Source: Oopsacas minuta (taxonomy: Eukaryota; Animalia; Porifera). From it: a DNA stretch of 64,000 nucleotides. Location: positions 558,001 to 622,000 of the forward strand of contig JAKMXF010000044.1 of NCBI GenBank assembly GCA_024704765.1, given 5' to 3'. Positions 1-13,600 of the stretch are shown piece after piece (within the stretch, counting starts at the first letter, position 1; each line of letters starts with the position of its first letter). The position numbers were made by a program, and so were the translations under genes. The notes beneath the pieces are model-generated. The model was not told the DNA's origin, did no database searches, and was given only the letters and a program-made list of their open reading frames with translations.

Positions 1-399
1 CAGTGGGTATAAATTGACTACACGTAATTATCTCAAAAATTCATAATTTGTATTGAATAAGCTTGAAACTTTCAGTATATGGAGTTTAACTATATGGGCT
101 TATAATATATGAAAGTTAGATATATTACTCGACTAATTCCTGAGATATATCATGACCCACAAGACTTATTGAACGCCCTGATATATAGATATTGTATATT
201 TAACGGTGTCATCAGGGCTCTCAAACTGGAAACCTTCTAAATCGTGAGATTCGTCAAAACTCTTACGATTCTACCCTGAGATGTGCAATATAAGACCTGA
301 AATACTGCAGTATTTGTAGACCCGAGAGCCCTGTGTCTACCTCAAGAAATATTTGAAAAATTTCCAAAAATTTTAAAATTTAATATAATTTGTGTAGAA

Positions 400-1077
400 A
401 TGATATCAATGGAATGTCCATCAATGAATCAAGAGCTATTTAAGCAAGGAGCAGAGGCTCGTATATACAAGAGTTCTATATTTAACAAACCCTGTATAGT
501 GAAAGAGAGGTTCCTGAAGTGTTACAGACATCCTACTCTGCATAAGAAGCTGAGTGATAAGAGGATGATACAAGAAGCACGCTCATTAGTCAGATGTCAT
601 ACTATAGGAGTTAGAACTCCGTTAGTATATCACACAGACCTAGACACACACAAACTATATCTAGAGTTATTACCACATCCTCTACTCAATGACCTTATAT
701 CCTCACTAGAAGCCAGAGAGCAACAATCAGCTGATATAACAGACACGATAAGAGATGTAGGTAGACAAATAGCACTAATGCATGATAATGACGTCATACA
801 CGGGGACCTTACTACACTTAATATACTCGTTGATATTAAGTCAGGGGATAGCTACTTTATAGACTTTGGTCTTAGCTCTGTATCAAGCCTATCAGAGGAT
901 AAGGCAGTAGATTTGTATGTGTTAGAGAGAGCTATAACTAGTTCACATCCTAAAATGTCTCAGCTGTTCACTGATATTCTAACCTCGTATGCACAGTACT
1001 CCAGTAAGACTGCTAAAACACTCAATAAACTGAAGGAGGTGAGACAGAGAGGAAGAAAGAGGATCATGATTGGATAG
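400..1077 (+). CDS. TP53RK: TP53-regulating kinase (PRPK/Bud32, KEOPS subunit), intronless
   Basis: KQGAEARIY, KERFLKCYRHPTL, HGDLTT, IDFGL, EDKAVDLYVLERA and a C-terminal VRQRGRKR.MIG are Bud32/PRPK hallmarks. Confidence 0.93.
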   Translation: MISMECPSMNQELFKQGAEARIYKSSIFNKPCIVKERFLKCYRHPTLHKKLSDKRMIQEARSLVRCHTIGVRTPLVYHTDLDTHKLYLELLPHPLLNDLISSLEAREQQSADITDTIRDVGRQIALMHDNDVIHGDLTTLNILVDIKSGDSYFIDFGLSSVSSLSEDKAVDLYVLERAITSSHPKMSQLFTDILTSYAQYSSKTAKTLNKLKEVRQRGRKRIMIG

Positions 1078-1561
1078 AGGGGCAGCTAGTTGATCCAATT
1101 ATCCTGATATCACCTAGTGTGAGATTTAATATACATGAACATATCATATGTATGCATACTACCTAGTACGTACCGACTCATTCGACTCATCACCGACTAA
1201 AACGAAGTTTATCTTACAGCATTGAGAAAATGTCTTACATACAAATCATAAATCACACTGTTTTATACATAAAGTATTGACTCGAATAGTAGCCTCATAA
1301 TAATCACCTCTCTTCGGGAAAACTGTAGTATACCTTCAATCGCCATATAAGCAGGTGGGAGAGGCTACTGATTGAGGTAATAAAGTATAACTATGAGGAA
1401 TTGGGTGACGGTAAGTTGTTCGACCTTCTTCCTAATATCTAAGCATCATATAGTATACTTAACTTTATTTGCGTGGTTTTGTATCTTGTGTAATCAGGTT
1501 ATATTATCGTCTTTGTACCAAAGTAACCTATTAAGCAATATCTGTTAGCTAGCTTATTCTC

Positions 1562-4500
1562 ATGAGTTCTCGTTATCGAGACAGAGAGATAGAGGAGGTC
1601 TCCCCAAGGAGAGGAGGTCGTCGCAGGAGTCGTTCTAGAGAAAGAAATACACGTAATCACAGGAGCAGGAGCAGGTCTCTCTCCCCGTGGGATAGGAACA
1701 GACACTCGTATAGATCTAGAAGGAGTAGATCCAGATCTAGAGAGAGAGGGGGGCAGTCTGGAAGAAGTGGTAGGAGTAGATCTAGGTCTCCTCGAGAGGA
1801 CAGGCGAGACCGCTTGAAGGAGAGGAGGAGAGATAGTAGATCTTCATCTACTGAGAATATGGATACTAACAGGTGCTATACTATATACTATATGCTTACA
1901 GTAAACTCTCGTTATAACGAAGTGATCGCCATCAGAGTTTCATTTCGTTATATGCGCTAATGCGTTGCTAGTGGAGTAAAATCAATTTCTTTCTAGCTAT
2001 AGAGAGTAAGGATTAGGAAGTACGTACTTCATTATACTGGGAGTTTACTCTATTTATTATCATCACAAGTCATTTAAGTAATCTACAGATCACGTAAGAA
2101 TAATACAAAAGATAGAGGAGAAGACTCTCCTATGGATCAGAGCTATGAATACAATAATCTAGACAACGGTCTTGAAGAAGGAGAACTGAGTGCTCCCGTA
2201 AAGAGACAGCCTATATCTCTAGAGGAGTTGTTAGAGAGGAAAGCTCAGAAAGAGAAGGAAGAGTCTAGACCTCTGTACCTATCCAAAGAGGAGAGAGCTC
2301 AGATTGCTGTCGAGAGGAGGAAAAGAGTTAGTTATTAGATGTGTAGCTATTCATATGTTATGACGCAATATATTATAGGAGGTAGAAGAGATGAGAAAGA
2401 ATCAGAATTTGGAGAAGAAACCTCTGTTCTCGGATTTTGATGAAATATCAAGGTTTGGAAAAGATAAAGAGCGTAGCCCGGACACAACAGAGCTGGAGGA
2501 GCGTAGGAGACAGAGAGAGGAGAATATAGTACAGAAGGATCTCCTGAAGGAGCAGGAGGCTATCAAGAATAGATATCTCGGAGGGGAGAAGAAGAGGAGA
2601 CGGATGAGACGTCTCAATGAGAGGAAGTTTGTATTTGATTGGGATGCTAGTGAGGATACTAGTGTAGATCATAATTCTCTATACAAGCAGAAGCATCAAG
2701 TGCAAGTGAGTACTATTTTGTTATATAGCTACAGTCAACTCCAGTTATATCGAAGTCTTAAATTGTACGAATATGGTCTCATAAATTTATGGGTTATATC
2801 AAAGTAATTATTGCAATCCTTTGTATTGAGCTTTGACATAACGGGAGTTTACTGCACATTCATTATTATTGTTGTTATTATGATTATTTACAGCTGTTTG
2901 GTCGCGGACGAATCGCTGGAATAGATATTAACGCTCAGAAGAGAGATCAATCCAAATTCTACGGTGACCTCCTGAGCACACGTCGTACTGACGAGCAGAA
3001 GCTAAGAGCAGAAGAATTAGTCCTGAGACAGAAAGAGAGAGAGAAGAAAGCCCTCTGGGATTCTAGACACTGGTCTGATAAGGAGCTGGATCAGATGGCA
3101 GAACGTGACTGGCGTATTTTCAAGGAGGATTTTAATATTTCTACAAAAGGCGGTAGGATACCCTGTCCTATCAGGTCATGGAGGGAGTCTGCTATTCCTA
3201 GATCTATATTAGATGTAATAGCTAAGCTACAGTATGAGGATCCTACCCCTATACAAAGACAAGCTATTCCTATAGGTCTACAGAATCGTGACGTTATTGG
3301 TATAGCAGAGACTGGTAGTGGTAAGACAGCTGCATTTCTCATCCCACTTCTTGTTTGGATACAGAACCTTCCTGCAGAAGAGAGAGGAACGGAATCAGAT
3401 GATGGACCTTATGCTATTATTCTAGCTCCTACCAGAGAACTAGCTCAACAGATTGTGGAGGATACTAATAAGTTTGCTCAGGGTCTGGGGATTAGGACTG
3501 TAGGAGTTATAGGAGGTCTATCTAAAGAGGAGCAGGGTTTTCTACTCAGAGTAGGTTGTGAGATTGTGGTAGCTACTCCTGGGAGGCTAGTTGATGTACT
3601 AGAGAACAGGTTAGTTCATTATATTATACGTAAGAATCTATTTTAAGTACAGTAATTTATAACGAATTGCTCGTGACCCGGTTTCATTTGTTATAAGCAG
3701 TATTTTGTTGTAAGCGAAGTAAAATCAATTTCGTACTTTCAAACTATATACAATAAAGTACCACTTGATTATAACGAGAATTTCGCTGTATCCGAATTGT
3801 TATCACTGGAGTTTACTGTATCTTTATTTACAAACAATACAACCACACAATGAATGAAAACATTTACATACTTCAGAACTCATCTATTACCTTCCCATAC
3901 TCAGTAGCAGCACTGCCTACGAATAGAACATGATTGTCTAATATTTCTTGTTTAGACAGCTTACCATCTACATTACTGTCTGACATAGAGATTAGGTACC
4001 TGGCCTCTAACAGTGCATGATCGTATCCCTCAGGCATAACCCAACTCCCTACCTCTTCAAAGTCCAGCTTACCGTCATTATTCATGTCCCGATGTTTCTT
4101 GAAATCAGAACTGTGTCTTTCACGATCTTCGTTACTCATATTATCATCATCACGATTCATTTCACTCAAGTACTCGTGTATTTCTATTGTATTACTCTTG
4201 TCTAGATCCAAATCTCTGATCGCTTCCTCGATTACAACAGTCCTCATGTGTGGGAAGTCATCTGGGTGAAGAAAAGCTTTGAACTCTTCAAAGTCTAAAT
4301 GTTTGTCTTTGTTAACATCAGCTAGATCCCATCTCTTCCTCTCCCACACTAATTGCTCCCCAAATGTTATACCCCTTCCCTCATCCGCCATCAAGTGATG
4401 GTTCTCTCCCTGTTGTATTTCTTCTCCGAATGATACCCTAATGTATGCATCCCAGTCCAGTTCTTTCATCTGTGGTTCTGCTGTCTTGTAAGCTGTCCAA

Positions 4501-7500
4501 AATCTCTCTGCTTCATTGAATATCATTCGTCTATTCACATGAGCTATCCAGGAGACTAATTCCTCCTCGGTTACGTGACTATCTCCATTCTCATCTATCT
4601 TATCTACCAACTCGCTCAGTTGCATCTTAGCTGCTCTAGGAGGGAGGTGGTCGTATATCTCAGCCTGGCTCTCTCCAACAAATTGCTCGTGATGATACTC
4701 AGGGTCTTCCCTTAGCTGATCCGCGTGGATACGTTCGTTCCCGAATTTCCCACCATGAGTAGCCCGTGGAATCGTGGGCAATAGTTGTACGTATTCGTAT
4801 GTCAATGCCAAAAATAATGCGAGGTATAAGAACTTCATTTTGATTGATTCAAGCTGTTATACTCAAATATTAGTTAAGTGATAGATTATATACTCAAATT
4901 CTTTGTTATAACTAACTTCAATATTACTGATAGACACTACTGAATAGTATTGTTAGTACATAGAGACAATCAAGCCGTATCATTCTACTGTAACCAGGAC
5001 ACAATTATGTTACTAGCTATATTTGTAACTTGAGCCACGCATATTACTTGTTTGATTTCTATTGGCTATTCTCAATAATATTTTGTATTTTACACTTATG
5101 GACGTAGCCGAAATTTCGTCATTTCTTATACGCAGTTGATGATAATCTTTGCTTTAGTTTGTTTTCTCACTGTTAATTTTGTAGATTATTAGACAAAATA
5201 TATTTATTAATAATATTGTGTATTTTATTGTTCGTTTATTCTCCCTCTTATTCCTTCATTTTATGTTCATTATTAGAACTTCGTCATATTTTATGAGAAT
5301 GCTTAATATTATCCATTCTTTAAATCTGTATCAGATGCATCATTTTTATGTACTGATGTGGATGAATAAGAACTGGTGGCTTATAGCGCACTGTAATTCC
5401 TGCATGAGAGCTAATTGGATATATTAAAAAGTGTGGTAAAATCACTAAAATATTTTATGAATACAGTTGAATAATCGCAGTAGGAATACCGACAATTCGC
5501 ACCACGACAATTCGCACCTAATTTGATTGGCCTACTGTGTCCACTTGCCCAGCCTCAACAGATGCTCCTGGACTTTGAGAAGGGCGTGATTACCAGCTTT
5601 GAGCATGTCTGGCCTAACACAGTAGTGAAGTGCTGCTTCTTCCACCTCACACAGAATATCTGGCGACATGTGCAGTCTGTAGGGCTGCAGTCTGCCTACA
5701 CACATGACGAAGAGTTAGCAAGGGCTGGTATCCTCCGGATGCACATAGCTAACTCTTCGTCATGTGTGTAGGCAGACTGCACATGTCGCCAGATATTCTG
5801 TGTGAGGTGGAAGAAGCAGCACTTCACTACTGTGTTAGGCCAGACATGCTCAAAGCTGGTAATCACGCCCTTCTCAAAGTCCAGGAGCATCTGTTGAGGC
5901 TGGGCAAGTGGACACAGTAGGCCAATCAAATTAGGTGCGAATTGTCGGTATCCGATCGCGGTAATTAGAGAGGTAATGAGTTAGCGATCTGACTGACATG
6001 AAAATTGGCATTTAAATAAGATTTGGTGTAGATGGGGAGTAGAGTCCAACATGATTAATCATAGTTTCACACCTTTACCATATATTTAAAATAGTTTACT
6101 CATATGTCGGCGAGAATTTTCAGAGTCAGAGTTAATAACATTGAGTAGACAATTGATCCTAAGCTACACTCTCAGTCTACCAATAGACCTGTTAACATAA
6201 TTTATGTTCTAATTGAAATTACGTGTATGTAACTTAGTGTTCACATGCTTTCATGCAAATTTAGAAGAATTAGATGCAAGATGATATTATGAGAAAGACG
6301 CTTATGAAACTCACATTATCTCATAATTATATTAGATTTGGCATGTATAAGTAACAGACGTGCATTAGGTCGAATCTCGGTGTTGGTATTATGTCGAATT
6401 CAAAATCCATGCATTTGATCGAATTTCTGTGTTTGGCATTAGGCCGTTCTCGGTATCTCGGTTTCATTTCGTTATAAGTGGGTTTTGTTATAACCGAAGT
6501 GTACGGTATATGTACAGTTGTTTGTAAGAATAGACTTAATTCATTAATCCGAATTCGTATACCGTAATACGTAGTTCGTTGTAAAAAGACATCAATTAGA
6601 GTGGAATCAGAAAAACTGGGATTCTGAATTTTGTTGATTAGCTCAATATTTGTCAATATCAGTATAGTTCGTCTATTAACAATTGCCTTATTAGCAAGTT
6701 TTTTTAGGGTCACAATGGCCCAACTTGCATTAATTATGTTTCCTATTATCAAGTTCGCTATACGCAAGTTTTCTCATAAAAACACGACTTTCTAATAACT
6801 TAATAAGGGAATCTTTAGTTCGTTTATAAGCAAGAAAAACTTGCTAATACACGAACTTTTATTTCGTTTATTAACTTCGGACTCTTTAGGATTCACACAC
6901 ACGTGTACTAAAATATCCTTATACGTATGATATTATCACATACACGTATGTACGTGTACATACAACAATAGAATTTATCAAATTGATTGAGTTGCTCTAT
7001 TAGCAAGTTCGCTTAATAGCAAGCTTTTCTCGTACAAAACCCAATTTGCTAATAAGCGAACTCCACTGTATCTACATTTCAACCATTATATATTATTAGT
7101 TACTATCCTTAGTCGGATATTCGTGATGAAACATTATGCATCAGCCATTTGTCCGGAATTGTCCCACTCATAAATTGATTATACAAGGTTTTCGTAAATA
7201 AAGTAGATACGTATTTATTTGTAGTGTGTTTATCAAGAGATAATATAGAATGTCAATTCTGAATCTGATTTTCACACTTTTATATATTATCTTCTTCCCA
7301 ATTTCAGATATCTGGTCCTCAACCAGTGTACATATGTGGTCCTGGACGAGGCTGACAGAATGATAGATCTCGGTTTTGAACCAGATGTGAATAAAATTCT
7401 AGAATTCCTTCCTGTCTCAAATCAAAAACCAGATTCTGATGAAGCTGAGAATCCAGAGTTGATGGGACGGAACTTACATTCCGCTAAGGCTAAGTACCGG

Positions 7501-8995
7501 CAAACTGTAATGTTCACTGCTACCATGCCTTCAGCAGTGGAGAGACTAGCTAGAACTTATCTGAGAAGACCAGCTGTCGTGTACATAGGATCAGCTGGGA
7601 AGCCTGTTGAGAGGGTGGAGCAGATTGTCTACTTTGTTACTGAAAAAGAAAAACGAAGGAAGATGTGTGAAATATTAGGGAAAGGAATAGAACCACCTGT
7701 AATTATATTCGTTAATCAGAAGAAGGGATGTGATGTATTGGCAAAGTCACTTGAAAAATTGAGTAAGTCACGCAGCTCTATCAACTATCTACTCATATTA
7801 CTAATATATTATTCCAATTCAATAATTGGAATAATCTAATCACGTTATTTATGTAATTATGAGCAGAATTGGGAAATTATTAAGAATCTTAGAATTTGGA
7901 ATATTTAAGTCATTAATTAATTGAGTTTCTCTTTGAACTCAAGAAATATATAACGTAATACATATTGGATATGATTCACGAGTCTATTGGCAGAAATCAT
8001 CAAATCAGTGACCACGAGCTATTTACTTTGATAAAAGAACGTGAAATACAATTTCCTGAAAATTACTATCACATTTACCATTATGTAGTCAGGAAGGATA
8101 TACTAACAATTAATTGTATTTGATTCAATTTTGATTAGCTATAGACTACTTTGTATTATGTCATAGTAAGACAACGTATTATAACCCTATATGGTCTTGT
8201 GATTGAAGTAGCATGACTTTAATTCCCCCAATTTGGGTATCATACAGCTCCAAGTTCTTAGCGTCATAAGCCTGGGTTTGATTTACAGTGATCATGTCCG
8301 GTCCGTCCGTTCACCTATGCGTCTCTACTTGCGGCATTTAATAATATTGGCATGCTTGGGAGAATTTATAAAGATCAAATGTATTAGTTAATGTTTCTAT
8401 TTAGTTATTCAACATAAGTACAGCGCATCTCGTTTTTACAAATACAATTAACACGAATATATGATAAGGAGTACAAATTTGTCATATTATCTGTCCCCTT
8501 CGGTCCGTCCTGGTCGGTTAGGTCCCGGTCTATAGATTGTAGCAATCTGCAACAATATCCTCTAGATAATATCATAACCTTAATGCTTATTTAGATTACA
8601 GAGCTACTGTTCTACACGGTGGAAGGAATCAGGAACAGAGGGAATATGCACTTGCTAGCTTAAAATCAGGGTCTAAGGATATATTGGTGGCTACAGACGT
8701 TGCCGGTAGAGGAATTGATATTCGTGATGTATCAATGGTAATCAATTATGATATGGCTAAGAACATTCAGGATTATACGCATAGAATAGGGCGAACAGGC
8801 CGGGCGGGTAAAGAGGGAACAGCAGTTAGTTTTCTGACTAAAGACGATTCAGGGGTATACTACGATCTGAAACAATTGCTGATAACTAGCCCTGTAAGTA
8901 CCTGTCCTGCTGAGTTAATGAATCATCCAGATGCACAACATAAGCCAGGTACTGTCATGACCAAAAAGAGACATGAAGAAACTATTTTTGCTTAG
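1562..8995 (+). CDS. DDX23: DEAD-box splicing helicase DDX23/Prp28; exons 1562-1872, 2089-2326, 2379-2705, 2894-3609, 7308-7762, 8595-8995
   Basis: RS-rich N-terminus, [52 protein letters not shown]-terminal HPDAQHKPG. All five introns are GT-AG and the exon phases join in frame. Confidence 0.93.
1899..2050. mobile_element. Tc1/pogo-type MITE in DDX23 intron 1
   Basis: Ends cagtaaactc / gagtttactc with TA on both sides. Confidence 0.65.
3650..3818. mobile_element. Tc1/pogo-type MITE, same family as 1899-2050
   Basis: ta|cagtaa...gagtttactg|ta; shares internal ttataacgaa and gtaaaatcaatttc motifs with 1899-2050. Confidence 0.6.
3873..4838 (-). CDS. Calumenin/reticulocalbin (CREC family) secretory EF-hand protein, intronless, nested antisense in DDX23 intron 4
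   Basis: Signal peptide, about six EF-hands ([60 protein letters not shown]), and a C-terminal [12 protein letters not shown] resembling calumenin's HDEF. Confidence 0.9.
   Translation of the reverse strand: MKFLYLALFLALTYEYVQLLPTIPRATHGGKFGNERIHADQLREDPEYHHEQFVGESQAEIYDHLPPRAAKMQLSELVDKIDENGDSHVTEEELVSWIAHVNRRMIFNEAERFWTAYKTAEPQMKELDWDAYIRVSFGEEIQQGENHHLMADEGRGITFGEQLVWERKRWDLADVNKDKHLDFEEFKAFLHPDDFPHMRTVVIEEAIRDLDLDKSNTIEIHEYLSEMNRDDDNMSNEDRERHSSDFKKHRDMNNDGKLDFEEVGSWVMPEGYDHALLEARYLISMSDSNVDGKLSKQEILDNHVLFVGSAATEYGKVIDEF
5483..5954. mobile_element. Fold-back non-autonomous MULE: TIR + transposase DDE fragment, inverted-duplicated
   Basis: Arms 5483-5719 and 5748-5954 with a 28-nt loop. 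Arms encode LLDFE...[15 protein letters not shown] (MULE transposase). Flanks atcgcagta (5474-5482) and atcgcggta (5955-5963) form a 9-bp TSD with one mismatch. Confidence 0.88.
6440..7068. repeat. Cluster of degenerate pogo-type MITE fragments
   Basis: Recurrent ttcgttataag / gctaatag motifs ending in gaactccactg|ta; similar to 37553-37610. Confidence 0.45.
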
Positions 8996-9718
8996 AAACC
9001 GTAGATGATCGGAATTGAATTATGTCGTTTGCCTTAATAGCCAGTTTGAAAGTATATTTCATGATGTGTATCAGTTAGGGCTGATTCATCCATTGCATTA
9101 TATACTAAAATTGATCATACTATGCAGTGTATACTTTATTCTATATTTCTGTATTGTAATGTTTATGGATTTCCTAACCTTTATATGAATTGAAAATGAC
9201 ATCATTTCATTTATTTTATTTGCTCTAAATATTTGTTATCGATTGCAATTCATGGATCAAATACACGATTACAAAACTTAAAGTTGTTACCATTTGATAT
9301 TTAATTTAATAAAATAATCCTAACTAGCTAATCACCTCATTCGTAGTTTACTGGCACAGATCAATACACTTGCTATAATTGCTATGTGTTTAATATTTGA
9401 GCTAATATATAACCTAAAACTACAGGCTCTTGGTCCATGCACGATATATCGACCACAAGCCGATATTATTAATTTCCACTATACCAAATCTCAAAACTCT
9501 ATGAATTTGATATCCTGAGAAATACTGGAAACTTGGACATTATGCCAATTGTACATATTCTACTCTTCCCCTACCCACAAACTAGTTTAATTATGTGCTC
9601 TATGAGCATTCGTTTCGAACGGATCTTTCTTACTAATAAGCCCCGCCTTTCCGCTTCCCTAATTTTTTCAAACTGTTTAATTCCAATTCTAAAGAAAGTT
9701 GGACTATCCCCCACTAGA

Positions 9719-10664
9719 ATGGCGTCAAACAATCCAGGAGATGAAAATGCAGTAATAAATGATACTGAAGATCTGCCACGACAGGTTGATGTTCGTAAAA
9801 TGAAACCTACGATCCTGCGTAGACAATTGACAGCAGCTTGGAATAAACGGACAGATGCTATATATGTGAGACAATTTGGTCCCAAAGCAATACCGATGGA
9901 GTTATACCCCACGCTCCAGAAATATGGAGAGATAGAAGATGCTGACAGTGCCTACCATCTCACATGGGAGTCTCAACCTGAGAATGTTCTCATTGTTAAG
10001 AAACCTGGGGACCCAGCAATTATTGAAAAGTTCAAAGAATTTGCTACATTTTTAATTGACAAAAAAGGTAAGTAATTGTTAGTAGAATTTGTCTATCTAA
10101 TTGTTTGATTCTACCTGAGTGTCTGTTCAGAAAACTAATTTCAATATTCGGAAATTGTTAAATTGAAGCTGGTACATCTGCTGCGGTTTGTCATAGCTAT
10201 TCAATTCAAACAATTCTTGTGGCACAAGTTCCCATAACCTTGCTGTATGCGCCATTCACTATGAATCCTATCATTTCCCATACCTCTCAAATAGCATGTA
10301 TCAGAGTACTAGCATTACTATTGTGTAACATTAGGTACTCTGTAACTACTTTGTTATCGATCCTACTTGTGTATTGGATACTTGTTATTCTTCTTGTAGC
10401 CATTATCTTGTAATGCGATTGAAGTCTTATTTATTGATAAGTACTGTCAATAAGTATATTGTTTATTCATTTTAATTGCTATTGCCTGTATTGGCGTTTT
10501 ATCCTGCAAATTATACGCAATTTTAATGTGTTTGTGTAAGTGTTTTTTGTAATCATCAGGCTAGGTTTCATTAAACATGTATGTAAGATTGTACGCATAT
10601 GCTTGAATGTTATAGAGAAGTACTACTTGTATTTTATAAAAATTTCAATTTTGAAAGACAACAG

Positions 10665-10696
<32 letters not shown>

Positions 10697-13600
10697 CCCT
10701 TCTATGTACTTATCTGTACCTGTCAAGAAAATAGTTGAATAAAATTTTTATTTCAGCATTAACTGATACGAATAGCTTCGCTTGCTCGCTCTGCGCGGCT
10801 TGCGAACACTTTGTATTCGCATGTAACTCAGCACTTCGTGCCTCGAATTTTCATAAGAACTATTATTTACACATGAATACCTTAAAAGTGCGAAAATTGA
10901 AATCAGGGTACTTCATTACTCCCCGGTATAACCGCTGAAAGTAGGTTACTGAGACTATTAAGAAATTTGTTTACTATATATTTATAAAAACAATAATTAA
11001 TTCAGTAATTTGATAGAAGATTTTACATTATTAACTGTACTGACTAATACAAATACATATATAGTGGCTCAGTTCTAAAATGGTTGACTCAGTCTATACT
11101 TATGTATTTACGTATCTAATTAATTTATAAAGACAACAAATACATTTAGATATGATTAATTCAAAAGTATGAACATCAGATTCTGCATATTCGCTATGTT
11201 TAGTCAAGTTTTATTGAATTGTGTTTACTTTCTTGGTTAACACGATAAATACGGTACATAGTTATGCGACATCTCGGAATTGAGAAATTCGAATTAGATA
11301 AAACATTCCATAAATCCTTTCCTTGACAACGGACAGACAGACAGACTAGTAATTCAATAATATAGATTACAGAAAATTATTATGCAGTTTTACTATTAAT
11401 GATATTACCATTTGTAAACACATGGGTTAATTAATTTCAAATAGAATCTCGTGTTTCGTTTTTTGTACTTAAATAATGTCATTTGATACTTTCAGAAAGT
11501 TTGTAATTTTATCTAGTTCAGTAGATTAGGTACATTTACTGTAAAAAGTATTTAAGTAAGAATTGTATTGAAGTTATTCATCAATTTCTCATAAATTCTG
11601 AAAAGAAACAATATGTCACGATACAGTTTTATATCTTATATCGAACCTAATCACTGTATCACTATTAATCCATCCTGCTCCCTTCTTGTCAGACCCGAAT
11701 CACGTCATGTTCAAATTCAAGAAGTAAAATCATATCCTCCTCAAAACAGAGATAGTCAAAAACTAATCAAACGCATTCAAAGAATTAAAACTAGACTTGA
11801 TCGAAAAAATGATAGAACAAAACAAATCCTGAAGTTTAGAGAATTCACTGGAAATTGGGATCTAGTAATATAGTGATTTGACAAAGTTTAAAATTTCTTA
11901 AAATATTAAACATATATATTGCAATATTTGTGATATTTTAATCATTGATTTTATGTGAATTTTTTGTTCAAAACTGTACAACAAATGTTGAAAAACTATG
12001 TTTCCTTCACACTATATATTGCAACTTGTACAATCCAATGTGCTGGTTCGGAATCCGCAGTGTATTTTACTCCAACACGTCACAATTTTGTTGAAACTGC
12101 AACAAATTTTTTTAATTTGTTATGAAAAAGTTATCTGAATTCCTGAACTTTAGTGTATGTGAATATTTAATTATAGAAATAACTCTTCGTATTGTCAATT
12201 TGTATACGCACTACATTTTAAGAATTTTAGTCATTCTTTCTCTATTTTTAACGTTTCATTTTATGATTCATTAGTATTTTGATAAATTTATCCGAAACAC
12301 CGCTTTATTTCGGTTTAGTTAGATCTAAATACAGATAATACAATCCTCAATGTTCTGTTTTCCATTACTACTGGCTATTTCCGCAGGAAAACTTTTGAGA
12401 AAATTAGCAATTATCAAATTTTTGACCTGATTTTAGAAAATTGTGACGTTCTGAAGTATAATGAAATTCATAATCGGAATCAGCATGTTCGATAACATAT
12501 AATGGGATATTTAGTGTCCAAGAAACAGAATCCTTGTTGTACAGTGAATTATTTACCGATTAGTTTTTTAGCCAAAGTTGATCAGACTTTCTTTTTCCTC
12601 GAATGTCTCTTCCGATAGTTTAAATCACTTTCTTAGTTCAACATTATTTCTTTAATTCTGTAGATAAATTTTACGTACACAGTATTGATTTGTAATGGTG
12701 ATTTTCTAGCTATAAATTTGACTGATAAATTCAGTCCTAATCTAGTAGATCACCTTTCATTACTTGTGCATATATATATTGGAAGGATTGATGTATTACA
12801 ATGATAAAGCATGCACTAAACCAAATATTCCAGATGTCTTCAAGCACACAATTTCTCTCAAATGATAAGACTGGATCTTCTCAGAGCTATCAGTACCAAA
12901 GAGATACTTCCTCAAAGGAAAGAATTGAATACAAACCTAGTATATATATTTTATCACACAAATTACACAAAACAAAAGTAGAAAGCGAAGAATTGAACGT
13001 TCAAAACAGATTAGGTCTGGACAAGATTAAAGATGAGCTACAACGAATGCGTTCTGAAACGCAACAGCTGCGAGTGAGAACAGAAAATATCGTCACTGTC
13101 CTCGGCGATATCGATAAAGAGCGCAAGTACCGCGAGTTCACCGGAAACTGGGATCAGCTGTGACGAATTAATCATAATTTAATTCCTCGCTTCTACACTT
13201 TTTATCAGCATTTCATTCACATGACTATACATATGATAATTGAGCTTCTGTTGTTGCTTATTATAATAATAAACCTTCATGAAAATAACACTTATTAAAC
13301 ATCCAAATAAGGAATTCTATTAGACTAACACGCTGATGATAACTTCATTAAATTATATAACGTATTTATTTAATAATTCATCATATTACTCGTATTTTTG
13401 TGGATTAGCCTCAGAAAATTTATATCCAACTCATCAACTTATGTCTCTACCATGTTAATAATCACACATACGTATAACTGTGTGTCGTTACAGATAGTAG
13501 AGTAATGGATGCATCATTAAGTTGCCAAACGAATTCAATTATTTTGGCAAACAAAGCAATTAATTTTAGCAAATGGTTAAAATTATGCGCTCTATATATT

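Noticed and set aside
5523-5929. Two functional small transposases on opposite strands
   Set aside because: They are mirror-image fragments of one fold-back, starting at non-ATG codons inside the TIR.
6327-6767. 146-aa minus-strand ORF in the DDX23 intron
   Set aside because: It overlaps degenerate MITE motifs, starts at a non-ATG codon and has no recognisable domain.
9533-9718. N-terminal extension of the NADK ORF
   Set aside because: It starts at TTG; the first ATG followed by NADK-like sequence is at 9719.
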